The notes under the pieces: model-generated
Databases searched by the model: none
What the model was told of the DNA's origin: nothing
What the model saw: only the letters and a program-made list of their open reading frames with translations
Shown here: piece by piece, positions 30,175 through 37,898 of the stretch
How the letters are laid out: each line of letters begins with the position of its first letter
How positions within the stretch are numbered: position 1 is the first letter of the stretch
NCBI GenBank assembly: GCA_026391805.1
Contig: JAPLDJ010000024.1
Span: 170,014 to 234,013, forward strand
Origin: Bacteroidota bacterium
GTDB taxonomy: Bacteria; Bacteroidota; Bacteroidia; Bacteroidales; FEN-979
Length of the DNA: 64,000 nucleotides
Direction: 5' to 3'
Program-made: the position numbers and the translations under genes

Positions 30175-30261
30175 AGAAAGGAGGATGACCGTTACAAAAA
30201 TAGCTATTCTTTTTAACGCGACTTTAATTATTGTATTTTTGCCATTTGCCGGAAATCTGAG

Positions 30262-30317
30262 GTCGGAGGTCGGAAGACTGAAGACTGAAGACTGAGGATG
30301 GAGAATGGAAGATGGAA
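30262..30317. repeat. Drifting 7-bp tandem repeat, 8 units
   Basis: The units read gtcggag gtcggaa gactgaa gactgaa gactgag gatggag aatggaa gatggaa. They lie in a divergent intergenic region and share words with the hisS insertion and the 44704 repeat. Confidence 0.9.
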
Positions 30318-30322
30318 AAATT

Positions 30323-30363
30323 TTCTGTGACTAATCCGTGTTAATCTGTGAAAATCTGTGGTG
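30323..30363. repeat. 10-bp tandem repeat, about 4 units
   Basis: The sequence reads ttctgtgac taatccgtgt taatctgtga aaatctgtgg, directly after the 7-bp repeat and 34 nt before the ATG at 30397. Confidence 0.7.
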
Positions 30364-30396
30364 AATAATAAATAGCGAAAGGCGAAAAAAGAGTTC

Positions 30397-31593
30397 ATGA
30401 CCATAATCGAAGTCAACAATAAGAAAACCATCCGGGAATTCCTGGAGGTGCCGGCCATTATTTATAAAAATGATCCATACTGGGTCCGGCCCCTCGACCA
30501 CGAGGTCGAATCGATCTTTGACCAGAAGATCAACAGTTTCTTCACGCATGGCGAAGCGATACGGTGGGTAATGAAGGATGACAACGGCGCACTGACCGGG
30601 AGGGTAGCTGCTTTCATCAATAAAAACAAGGCGTTTACGTTCCCGCAGCCAACTGGTGGGATGGGTTTTTTTGAATGCACCGATAACCGGGACGCCGCCT
30701 TTCTGCTTTTTGACACCTGCCGCAACTGGCTGGAGGCGCGTGGCATGCAGGCCATGGATGGCCCGGTCAATTTCGGAGAGAACGATGTCAACTGGGGCCT
30801 GCTGGTGGACGGATTCATCCACCCCGGACTTGGGATGAATTACAACCCGCCCTATTATCGTGAGTTTTTTGAATCGTATGGGTTCAAATTCTATTTCGAG
30901 CAGGTCTCCAACCACCTGGACCTGACCAAACCATTTCCGGAACGGTTCTGGAAGATTGCAGAGTGGGTCCGGAACAAGCCGGAAAACAAGTTTCTTCATT
31001 TCACCTATAAAGAGACTGCAAAATTCATTCAAGATCTGAAAGAAATCTATGATGATGCCTGGGCTTTTCATGAAAGCTTTACCCCGCTGGAGGAAAAGCT
31101 TCTCATGAACACGTTGAAGAAGTCCCGCCCCTTCCTGGATGAAGAAATGATCTGGTTTGCCTATCACAACGGTGAGCCCGCCGCATTCCTGATCATGTTC
31201 CCCGACGTAAACCAGATCCTGAAACACCTGAATGGGAAACTGCACCTCTGGAACCAGCTCAAATTTCTTTACCTGAAAAAGAAAAAAACCATAACACGTG
31301 CCCGCATTGTCATCATGGGCGTAAAACCCAAATTCCAGCGTCACGGGCTCGAATCCGGGATCTTCTGGCACCTGAATGAAAAGATGAAGAAAAAGCCCCA
31401 ATTTACCGAACTTGAACTTTCCTGGGTGGGCGATTTTAACCCGAAGATGAGGGCTCTCCACGAAAGTGTGGGAGCCGTTTTTGGCAAACGCCACATTACT
31501 TACCGGAAATTATTTTCAGGAGAGATACCGGAGCAGCGTTCGACGATCATTCCGGTTGATACCAAGGAAAAAGCATTGCGGAATAAGCAATAA
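30397..31593 (+). CDS. GNAT-fold acyltransferase-like protein, distant paralog C of 12104..13231 and 14267..15388
   Basis: 398-aa ORF with the same architecture as paralogs A and B. It has an N-terminal F..VP...Y..DP.W..P block, a central GM.A.DGP.NF block, NYNPPYY, and a C-terminal GNAT motif-A-like GVKPKFQRHGLESGIFW. Confidence 0.65.
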   Translation: MTIIEVNNKKTIREFLEVPAIIYKNDPYWVRPLDHEVESIFDQKINSFFTHGEAIRWVMKDDNGALTGRVAAFINKNKAFTFPQPTGGMGFFECTDNRDAAFLLFDTCRNWLEARGMQAMDGPVNFGENDVNWGLLVDGFIHPGLGMNYNPPYYREFFESYGFKFYFEQVSNHLDLTKPFPERFWKIAEWVRNKPENKFLHFTYKETAKFIQDLKEIYDDAWAFHESFTPLEEKLLMNTLKKSRPFLDEEMIWFAYHNGEPAAFLIMFPDVNQILKHLNGKLHLWNQLKFLYLKKKKTITRARIVIMGVKPKFQRHGLESGIFWHLNEKMKKKPQFTELELSWVGDFNPKMRALHESVGAVFGKRHITYRKLFSGEIPEQRSTIIPVDTKEKALRNKQ

Positions 31594-31658
31594 TGGTTTT
31601 TTATCTGTTGAAAGTGTTATTATTTTTATTATTTCTTTTTATGATTTGTTTTTTTTCA

Positions 31659-31666
31659 TATATTTG
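31659..31666 (+). promoter_or_regulatory. Candidate -7 box (TATATTTG) for array paralog 1
   Basis: TAnnTTTG match 47 nt upstream of the ATG at 31713. No well-spaced -33 element. Confidence 0.35.
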
Positions 31667-31712
31667 TTCCATCAAACTAACATTCATGTTTAACCCAAAT
31701 CCCAAAATCAGT

Positions 31713-33581
31713 ATGAAAAGATTTCTATTCTTGATCCTGGCTCTCGGAATGTCCGTGAGCATTTTTGCACAATTTGGGGCTACAAAGCAAAGGAATACAA
31801 ATGTAATTGCTCCTATGCACAAGACCACAAACATCGATCTCCCGGTGGTTGGTCAGCTCCCCCCGAACACCATTGTGTCAAATAAAAGCATTCTTGATGA
31901 TCCCATCAGCTCTGTGACAAGGTACGACCTCCAGAGCAACAGCAGCTCCAGTAATAGATTATACCTCTATGACGACGGAACGGTTGGAACTACCGCCACC
32001 TGGTCAACCCAGGATGCCTCCTGGACCGACCGCGGAACAGGTTATAACTATTGGGACGGTTCCGCTTTTGGCTCGTTACCCACTGCAAGAACCGAAAGTA
32101 TGAGAAGCGGCTGGCCAAGCTATTGTCCGTTTGGCGCTACCGGTGAAATGACCATCGCTCACCAGTCTGCTGGTCCGCTGATCATGTGCTCCAGGCCTGT
32201 AAAGGGAACCGGTGCATGGACAACGACCACGCTTCCGGCATTGCCTGCTACCATCCCTGTAATCCTTTGGCCGAGGGTTGTAACCAATGGCCCGACCCAT
32301 AACTACATCCACGTTATTGCTCTGACCGGCCCTACAGCCAACAGCGGAACAGTTTACAACGGCATGAACGGAGCCCTTCTCTATTCACGTTCACTCGATG
32401 GCGGAATTACCTTCTCTGCCTGGACACAACTTACAGGCATGACCTCTACAGAATACACCAGCTTTACCGCCGATGTTTATGCTTGGGCATGGCCAAAAGG
32501 TGATACCCTTGCTTTCACCACCGGGGATTCATGGCAGGATCAGTTCCTCATGAAATCAAACGACAATGGAGCCACCTGGACAAAAACCGTTATTTACAAT
32601 TCTCCTTACAACCTTGGCGGAAATTCCCCGGGCTTCTTCTTTTGCCCCGATGGAACAATGGGATGTGCATTGGATAACCAGGGAGTTGCTCATGTCGTCT
32701 TTGGTCTGCAGGCCGACAGCGGATCACCCACAGCCGGGTATTTCCGTCCCTATACCCAGGGTGTGGTTTACTGGAACGAACACATGACGGCATTGGATCC
32801 CAGCCTGGATCCGGATATCCTGTATCCAAATCATCAGTTTATTGGTTGGGTTAAGGATACGATGGTATTCTACCCGCCGACGGGCGTAACGTTAGGTTAC
32901 TACTATACTTCCCTGACCGATGAACCGTCACTTGTTATTGATAAAAACAATAAGGTTTTCCTGTCATTTGCAGGTGCTACCACCCTCGTTGACCCGAACA
33001 GCTATACCCTGCGCCACCTTTTTGGCAGGGATGGTTATATTGATGGTGATACGATCATGTGGCACAATGATACCCTTGTTGACATCACCGGCGACTGGAT
33101 CCAGTACAACTTTGCAGAATGCTACTATCCTTCAGCTTCCCCGACATCAGATGAGGCTTATGTTTATTATCTGTTCCAGAGGGATGATTATGGTGGATCT
33201 TATGTGAAGGGTTTGAACATTTCTCCCTATAACGGGCAAACTTCACCCGATGATAACTCCATAACCATGATTAAATGGGAGAAACCACTCTGGGTTGGAG
33301 TAAACGACAAACATGAAAAATTGACCTTCAACATCAGCCAGAACTACCCGAACCCGGTCAACGGTATGACCACGGTTAAGGTTTATACCCAGAATTCCGG
33401 CGACCTGTCGCTAAAGGTGACCAACCTTACCGGTCAGTCTCTCATGACAATGGAAAAAACCAATGTACTTGCCGGTGTTCAGATTTTCAACATCGATGCA
33501 AGCCAGCTGCCTTCCGGTATCTATTTCTATAGCGTAAAGCAGGGTGAAAAATCAATCACAAAGAAAATGATCGTTCAGTAA
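31713..33581 (+). CDS. Secreted Asp-box (BNR-like) repeat protein with T9SS C-terminal sorting domain, array paralog 1 of 6
   Basis: I placed the start at the ATG at 31713, giving the signal peptide MKRFLFLILALGMSVSIFAQ. Conserved blocks are RYDLQSN, WTDRGTGYNY, SRSLDGGITFSAW, SNDNGATWTKT and HVVFGLQADSGSPTAGYFRPYTQG. The C-terminal CTD reads QNYPNPVNG...GIYFYSVKQGEKSITKKMIVQ. Confidence 0.85.
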   Translation: MKRFLFLILALGMSVSIFAQFGATKQRNTNVIAPMHKTTNIDLPVVGQLPPNTIVSNKSILDDPISSVTRYDLQSNSSSSNRLYLYDDGTVGTTATWSTQDASWTDRGTGYNYWDGSAFGSLPTARTESMRSGWPSYCPFGATGEMTIAHQSAGPLIMCSRPVKGTGAWTTTTLPALPATIPVILWPRVVTNGPTHNYIHVIALTGPTANSGTVYNGMNGALLYSRSLDGGITFSAWTQLTGMTSTEYTSFTADVYAWAWPKGDTLAFTTGDSWQDQFLMKSNDNGATWTKTVIYNSPYNLGGNSPGFFFCPDGTMGCALDNQGVAHVVFGLQADSGSPTAGYFRPYTQGVVYWNEHMTALDPSLDPDILYPNHQFIGWVKDTMVFYPPTGVTLGYYYTSLTDEPSLVIDKNNKVFLSFAGATTLVDPNSYTLRHLFGRDGYIDGDTIMWHNDTLVDITGDWIQYNFAECYYPSASPTSDEAYVYYLFQRDDYGGSYVKGLNISPYNGQTSPDDNSITMIKWEKPLWVGVNDKHEKLTFNISQNYPNPVNGMTTVKVYTQNSGDLSLKVTNLTGQSLMTMEKTNVLAGVQIFNIDASQLPSGIYFYSVKQGEKSITKKMIVQ

Positions 33582-33594
33582 TTCTCATTTTCTG

Positions 33595-33629
33595 AAAAAA
33601 AAGCCCTGGTTCACCGGGGCTTTTTTTTT
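33595..33629 (+). terminator. Rho-independent terminator after paralog 1
   Basis: The sequence aaaaaaaaGCCCTGG-ttca-CCGGGGCttttttttt forms the stem and T-run. Confidence 0.7.
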
Positions 33630-33662
33630 GCATCATTCTTGAACAACTTCCGAAAAATTGTG

Positions 33663-33670
33663 TAAGTTTG
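33663..33670 (+). promoter_or_regulatory. Candidate -7 box (TAAGTTTG) for array paralog 2
   Basis: TAnnTTTG match 18 nt upstream of the ATG at 33688. Confidence 0.3.
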
Positions 33671-33687
33671 TTAAAAAAACGTTAACC

Positions 33688-35556
33688 ATGAAGAAATTTA
33701 CGCTTATTGCACTGGCACTCGGGATCCTTTTCACGGGTTCCGTTTTTGCAGGGAATGCTTATCGTCGGACAGCATCTCCGAAAGCCAAAATCACGGCACC
33801 AATGCCGGCCATCAAGTTTGTGCCGAAATCGGAAACAACCATCGGGGCGAACCCCGTTCCGCTGCCCTCCAACAAGCAGCTCCTGGATGATCCTTCCATC
33901 TGCCTGTCGAGGTATGACCTCATGACCAATTCTTCCGACCAGAACAGGATCTACCTGTTCCCCGACGGAACCATGGGGGGAACCACAATGATGTCACACC
34001 TTGACAATTTCACCGACCGGGGAACCGGGTACGATTATTTTGACGGCACAAGCTGGGGGCCATTGCCATCCACCCGCATCGAAAGTGAAAAAACAGGATG
34101 GCCATCCTATTGCCCCTTGGGCGCAAATGGCGAGGTCGTTGTGACTCATACAAATGCTGCCGGACTTATGGTTGCTACGCGGCCAACAAAGGGAACAGGA
34201 ACATGGACCCTCAATATCCTGGCAGGCCCTCCTGCAGCAGTCGATATCTCATGGCCCCGCACCGTGACCAACGGACCAAACCATACCTACATTCACATCC
34301 TGGCCGTAACGTATGTCACTTATGGCGGAATGACGAATCAAATCCTCTATTACCGGTCGCTCGACGGCGGCGCCACATGGGATAAAAATAATTTCATCAT
34401 CCCCGGCGTGGATACAACCGCCTGTACCAATTTCGGCGCTGATATTTATACCTGGGCTGAACCGCACGGCGATACGCTTGCCTTTACGGTCGGCGATTCC
34501 TGGCAGGACCAGTTTATCATGAAATCAAACGATAATGGTAACACCTGGACAAAAACCATTGTTTATCATTCGCCTTATAACAAGGGTGGCAATTCCCCCG
34601 ACTTTTTCTATTGCCCCGACGGAACCAGCGCCATTGCAATTGACAGATCGGGAATGGTCCATCTCACATTCGGTTTGCAGCAGGACAGCGGATCTCCCAC
34701 GGCCGGTTACTACCGTCCCTATACGCAGGGTCTCATTTACTGGAATGAAAGCATGCCACAACTCAGGGATGACCTGAACCCCGATTCGCTTTTTGCCACC
34801 GGGAACCTGGTTGGCTGGGTGAAAGACACGATGGTTTTCTACCCGCCTACCGGAGTAACACTATCAGCCTATTACTCTTCGCTTACCAGCAACCCGCAGC
34901 TTGTTATCGATAACAATGACAGGATCTTCTCCATCTGGGCAGGAGCCACCTCGCTGGTTGATCCGAATAATTATAACCTCCGCCATATATACGGACGCGA
35001 CGGGCACATCAACCCTGACGGAACCGTTTACTGGCTGAATGATTCCCTCGTTGATCTTACTGGCGACTGGATTCAGTACAATTTTGCGGAATGCATGTAT
35101 CCTTCTGCTTCACCGACCTCCGACGCAAATGTCTATATCCTCTTCATGAAAGACGACTACGGCGGATCTTATGTGAAGGGAATGAACATCTCCGGATATG
35201 CCGGTCAGACCTCTCCTTCAGATAACAATTTCATCGTACTCACATGGCAAAAACCTGTATATCCGCCGGTAGGTGTCAATAACATTGATCCGAAACCGGC
35301 TTTCTCGGTCGAACAGAACTATCCGAATCCGGTTCAGGACAGGACCACGATCAATGTTTACCTGCAGAACGCCGGCGACCTTTCCATCCAGGTAACAAAT
35401 ACTACCGGCCAGGTTGTCATGAAAGCACAAAAAGCTAATGCTCCTGCCGGTCTGACCCAATTTGTGGTTGAGGGAAACAGCCTTGCTCCCGGCGTATATT
35501 TCTACACCGTAAAACAGGGAACGCAAAGCATTACCAAAAAAATGATTGTTCAGTAA
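33688..35556 (+). CDS. Secreted Asp-box repeat protein with T9SS sorting domain, array paralog 2 of 6
   Basis: The start at 33688 gives the signal peptide MKKFTLIALALGILFTGSVFA. The conserved core is the same as in paralog 1 (RYDLMTN, FTDRGTGYDY, YRSLDGGATWDK, SNDNGNTWTKT). The CTD ends GVYFYTVKQGTQSITKKMIVQ. Confidence 0.85.
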   Translation: MKKFTLIALALGILFTGSVFAGNAYRRTASPKAKITAPMPAIKFVPKSETTIGANPVPLPSNKQLLDDPSICLSRYDLMTNSSDQNRIYLFPDGTMGGTTMMSHLDNFTDRGTGYDYFDGTSWGPLPSTRIESEKTGWPSYCPLGANGEVVVTHTNAAGLMVATRPTKGTGTWTLNILAGPPAAVDISWPRTVTNGPNHTYIHILAVTYVTYGGMTNQILYYRSLDGGATWDKNNFIIPGVDTTACTNFGADIYTWAEPHGDTLAFTVGDSWQDQFIMKSNDNGNTWTKTIVYHSPYNKGGNSPDFFYCPDGTSAIAIDRSGMVHLTFGLQQDSGSPTAGYYRPYTQGLIYWNESMPQLRDDLNPDSLFATGNLVGWVKDTMVFYPPTGVTLSAYYSSLTSNPQLVIDNNDRIFSIWAGATSLVDPNNYNLRHIYGRDGHINPDGTVYWLNDSLVDLTGDWIQYNFAECMYPSASPTSDANVYILFMKDDYGGSYVKGMNISGYAGQTSPSDNNFIVLTWQKPVYPPVGVNNIDPKPAFSVEQNYPNPVQDRTTINVYLQNAGDLSIQVTNTTGQVVMKAQKANAPAGLTQFVVEGNSLAPGVYFYTVKQGTQSITKKMIVQ

Positions 35557-35578
35557 AGGATTAAATAATGTTACTGGA

Positions 35579-35610
35579 GAGGCTGTCCATACGGATGGCC
35601 TCTTTTTTTT
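35579..35610 (+). terminator. Rho-independent terminator after paralog 2
   Basis: The sequence GAGGCtgtCCAT-acgg-ATGGCCTC is followed by a T8 run. Confidence 0.65.
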
Positions 35611-35654
35611 CCAGAATCTGAGCCATTCCCTTATCATTATACCTGAAAAATGCT

Positions 35655-35662
35655 TATATTTG
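35655..35662 (+). promoter_or_regulatory. Candidate -7 box (TATATTTG) for array paralog 3
   Basis: TAnnTTTG match 38 nt upstream of the ATG at 35700. Confidence 0.35.
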
Positions 35663-35699
35663 GTAGGACTTACAAAGCCATCAACCAAACAAAAGAGCC

Positions 35700-37559
35700 A
35701 TGAAAAAAATGTTCCTCCTGCTTCTGGTATTCGGTCTGACCACCGGAAGTTTTGCACAGTTCAATGCCCTGATGAAAAAACAGGCGCACATCACCGCGCC
35801 GGTACCCGTCATTGCGGCTGATCTTCCTGTTGCGGGCGCACAAACGCCTAATCCGATCGTTTCCAACAAAAGCATCATGGATGATCCCATTGTCTCCCAA
35901 ACAAGGTATGACCTTCAATCCAATTATACCAACCAGCGGAGGATCTATTATTTTCCTGACGGAACGATGGGAACTGCAGTCACCTGGTCAACCCAGGATG
36001 CAAGCTGGACCGACCGCGGAACCGGGTACAACTATTATGACGGCGGTGCCTGGGGCCCGTTACCCACAGCCAGGGTGGAAACCAGCCGGACGGGATGGCC
36101 AAACTACCTTCCGTTTGAAGTCGATGGTGAGATCATCGTTGCCCACCAGGCCATCGGCCCCCTGGTGATCAATAAGCGCGTACCCAAAGGAACCGGAGCA
36201 TGGACACAGTCGCTGATGCCAGCCCTTCCTTCCAACATTACCGCAATGTTCTGGCCACGGGCGGTGACCAATGGCCCAAATCACACCTACATTCACATCA
36301 TCGCGATGACATTGCCAACGGGCAACGGCGGACAAACCTATAATGGCATGGACGGTGCACTGCTCTATTGCCATTCACTCGATGGCGGCGCCACCTGGAC
36401 ACCGTGGACACAGCTGCCCGGGACAGATGGCAGTGTATATACCAACTTCACTGCAGATACTTATTCCTGGGCTGATCCTCATGGGGATACGCTGGCATTT
36501 GCATGCGGCGAATCCTGGATGGACCAGTTCATCATGAAATCGTTGGACAATGGTACAACCTGGACAAAGACCATCGTGCATCAATCCCTCTATAACCTGG
36601 GCGGAAATTCCCCGAATTTTTTCTACTGTCCCGACAATACGATGTCACTCGCACTGGATAACAGCAACAAGGTTCACCTTGTCTTCGGGCTGCAGTGCGA
36701 CAGCGGATCTCCCACCGCAGGATACTACCGACCCTATACGCAGGGCATCGTCTATTGGAACGAAGACATGCCACAGCTCAGGCAGGACCTGGATCCCGAT
36801 TCGCTCTATGCCAACGGTCAATATGTTGCGTGGGTGAAAGATACCATGGTGTTTTATCCGCCCAGTGGGGTTAGTTATTCTGCTTATTATACCTCCCTTA
36901 CCAGCAACCCGGAACTGATTATCGACAAAGACAACAGGGTCTTCCTGGTCTGGGCCGGGGAAACCTCGCTTGTTGACCCCAATTCATACATGTTGCGCCA
37001 TATCTATGGCAGGTTCGGTTATATCAATTCGGGCGTGATTATGTGGACGAATGATACCCTTACTGACCTTACCGGTGACTGGATTCAGTACAACTTCGCC
37101 GAGTGCATGTACCCCTCTGCCACACCAGCCTTATATTGTATAATAAAGGTGCTTTTTCAGCGGGATGATTACGGCGGATCCTATGTGAAAGGAATGAACG
37201 TATCAGGTTACCTTGGCCAGACATCACCGGATGACAATTATATGACAGTGATCTCATGGATGCCATGTACTTTCGGCATCGGCGAGAAGCAGGCCCAACC
37301 AACCTTCTCCGTTGCACAGAACTACCCGAATCCGGTTAACGGGATGACGACTATCGATGTTTACCTGCAGAACCCCGGGAACCTGTCGCTTGAAGTAACC
37401 AACCTCGCCGGGCAGAGTATCCTCAGGATGGAAAAAACAAATGTTCTTCCAGGCATGAGCCAGTTCGTGCTGGATGGCAGTACGCTTTCGCCGGGGGTTT
37501 ATTTCTATACGGTGAAGCAGGCTGGGCAGAGCATCACGAAGAAGATGGTGGTGCAGTAG
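35700..37559 (+). CDS. Secreted Asp-box repeat protein with T9SS sorting domain, array paralog 3 of 6
   Basis: 619-aa ORF with signal peptide MKKMFLLLLVFGLTTGSFAQ. It has the conserved core (RYDLQSN, WTDRGTGYNY, CHSLDGGATWTPW, SLDNGTTWTKT). The CTD ends GVYFYTVKQAGQSITKKMVVQ. Confidence 0.85.
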   Translation: MKKMFLLLLVFGLTTGSFAQFNALMKKQAHITAPVPVIAADLPVAGAQTPNPIVSNKSIMDDPIVSQTRYDLQSNYTNQRRIYYFPDGTMGTAVTWSTQDASWTDRGTGYNYYDGGAWGPLPTARVETSRTGWPNYLPFEVDGEIIVAHQAIGPLVINKRVPKGTGAWTQSLMPALPSNITAMFWPRAVTNGPNHTYIHIIAMTLPTGNGGQTYNGMDGALLYCHSLDGGATWTPWTQLPGTDGSVYTNFTADTYSWADPHGDTLAFACGESWMDQFIMKSLDNGTTWTKTIVHQSLYNLGGNSPNFFYCPDNTMSLALDNSNKVHLVFGLQCDSGSPTAGYYRPYTQGIVYWNEDMPQLRQDLDPDSLYANGQYVAWVKDTMVFYPPSGVSYSAYYTSLTSNPELIIDKDNRVFLVWAGETSLVDPNSYMLRHIYGRFGYINSGVIMWTNDTLTDLTGDWIQYNFAECMYPSATPALYCIIKVLFQRDDYGGSYVKGMNVSGYLGQTSPDDNYMTVISWMPCTFGIGEKQAQPTFSVAQNYPNPVNGMTTIDVYLQNPGNLSLEVTNLAGQSILRMEKTNVLPGMSQFVLDGSTLSPGVYFYTVKQAGQSITKKMVVQ

Positions 37560-37564
37560 CCCTT

Positions 37565-37630
37565 TCCACCACAATAGGCCCATTAGGTCACATTAGATCT
37601 ATTGCGTCCTAATGTGCCTACTGTGGTAAG
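37565..37630. repeat. Degenerate copy (A) of a long inverted-repeat element found 3' of the array paralogs
   Basis: The sequence is ccaccacaataggcc-cattaggtcacattagatctattgcgtcctaat-gtgcctactgtggta. It has the same word structure as copies B and C, but the arms are imperfect. Confidence 0.7.
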
Positions 37631-37672
37631 AAGAGCTATAAAGTACTAAACATCAAACAGACCTAATGTCAC

Positions 37673-37706
37673 AAGCGGATCGCCTTAGGGCTGATCCGCT
37701 TTTTTA
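37673..37706 (+). terminator. Rho-independent terminator after paralog 3
   Basis: The sequence AGCGGATC-gccttagggct-GATCCGCT is followed by tttttt. Confidence 0.7.
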
Positions 37707-37744
37707 TTGGAAGATGCATAACCCTATAGCAAACGGTCAGTGAA

Positions 37745-37817
37745 TAAATAACGAAAGATAATCGAAGGATAAACGTAAGATAAACGTAAGATAAACGTAA
37801 GATAAAAAAACGTAAAG
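37745..37817. repeat. 11-bp tandem repeat, about 6 units (3 perfect)
   Basis: The units read ataaataacgaaag ataatcgaagg ataaacgtaag x3 ataaaaaaacgtaaag. They end about 45 nt upstream of the paralog-4 -7 box. Confidence 0.85.
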
Positions 37818-37861
37818 CGACTTTCCCGGACAGCGCAGCTTCACTTTCGCGAATTTTTGAT

Positions 37862-37869
37862 TATATTTG
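37862..37869 (+). promoter_or_regulatory. Candidate -7 box (TATATTTG) for array paralog 4
   Basis: TAnnTTTG match 30 nt upstream of the ATG at 37899. Confidence 0.35.
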
Positions 37870-37898
37870 AGAGATGTAACAGTTTAAAAAATCCCGAC

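Noticed and set aside
30331-31494. 387-aa ORF on the minus strand, fully antisense to the GNAT-like gene 30397-31593
   Set aside because: The plus-strand frame has clear paralogs in the window and recognisable motifs. The antisense product has no motifs and a composition typical of a shadow frame. Similar long antisense ORFs occur opposite cinA (56321-57205), ubiD (46498-47286), ettA (25610-26203) and the glycosyltransferases. This looks like a general codon-usage effect, not extra genes.
31593-31712. N-terminal extension of array paralog 1 (MVFYLLKVLLFLLFLFMICFF...) given by the ORF track
   Set aside because: The extension is AT-rich, contains the candidate -7 promoter box, and overlaps the stop of the upstream gene. 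The ATG at 31713 gives a signal peptide matching the other five paralogs. Comparable track extensions at 33658, 37857, 48062, 26324..27508, 27527..28876 and 4752..5417 were trimmed for the same reason.
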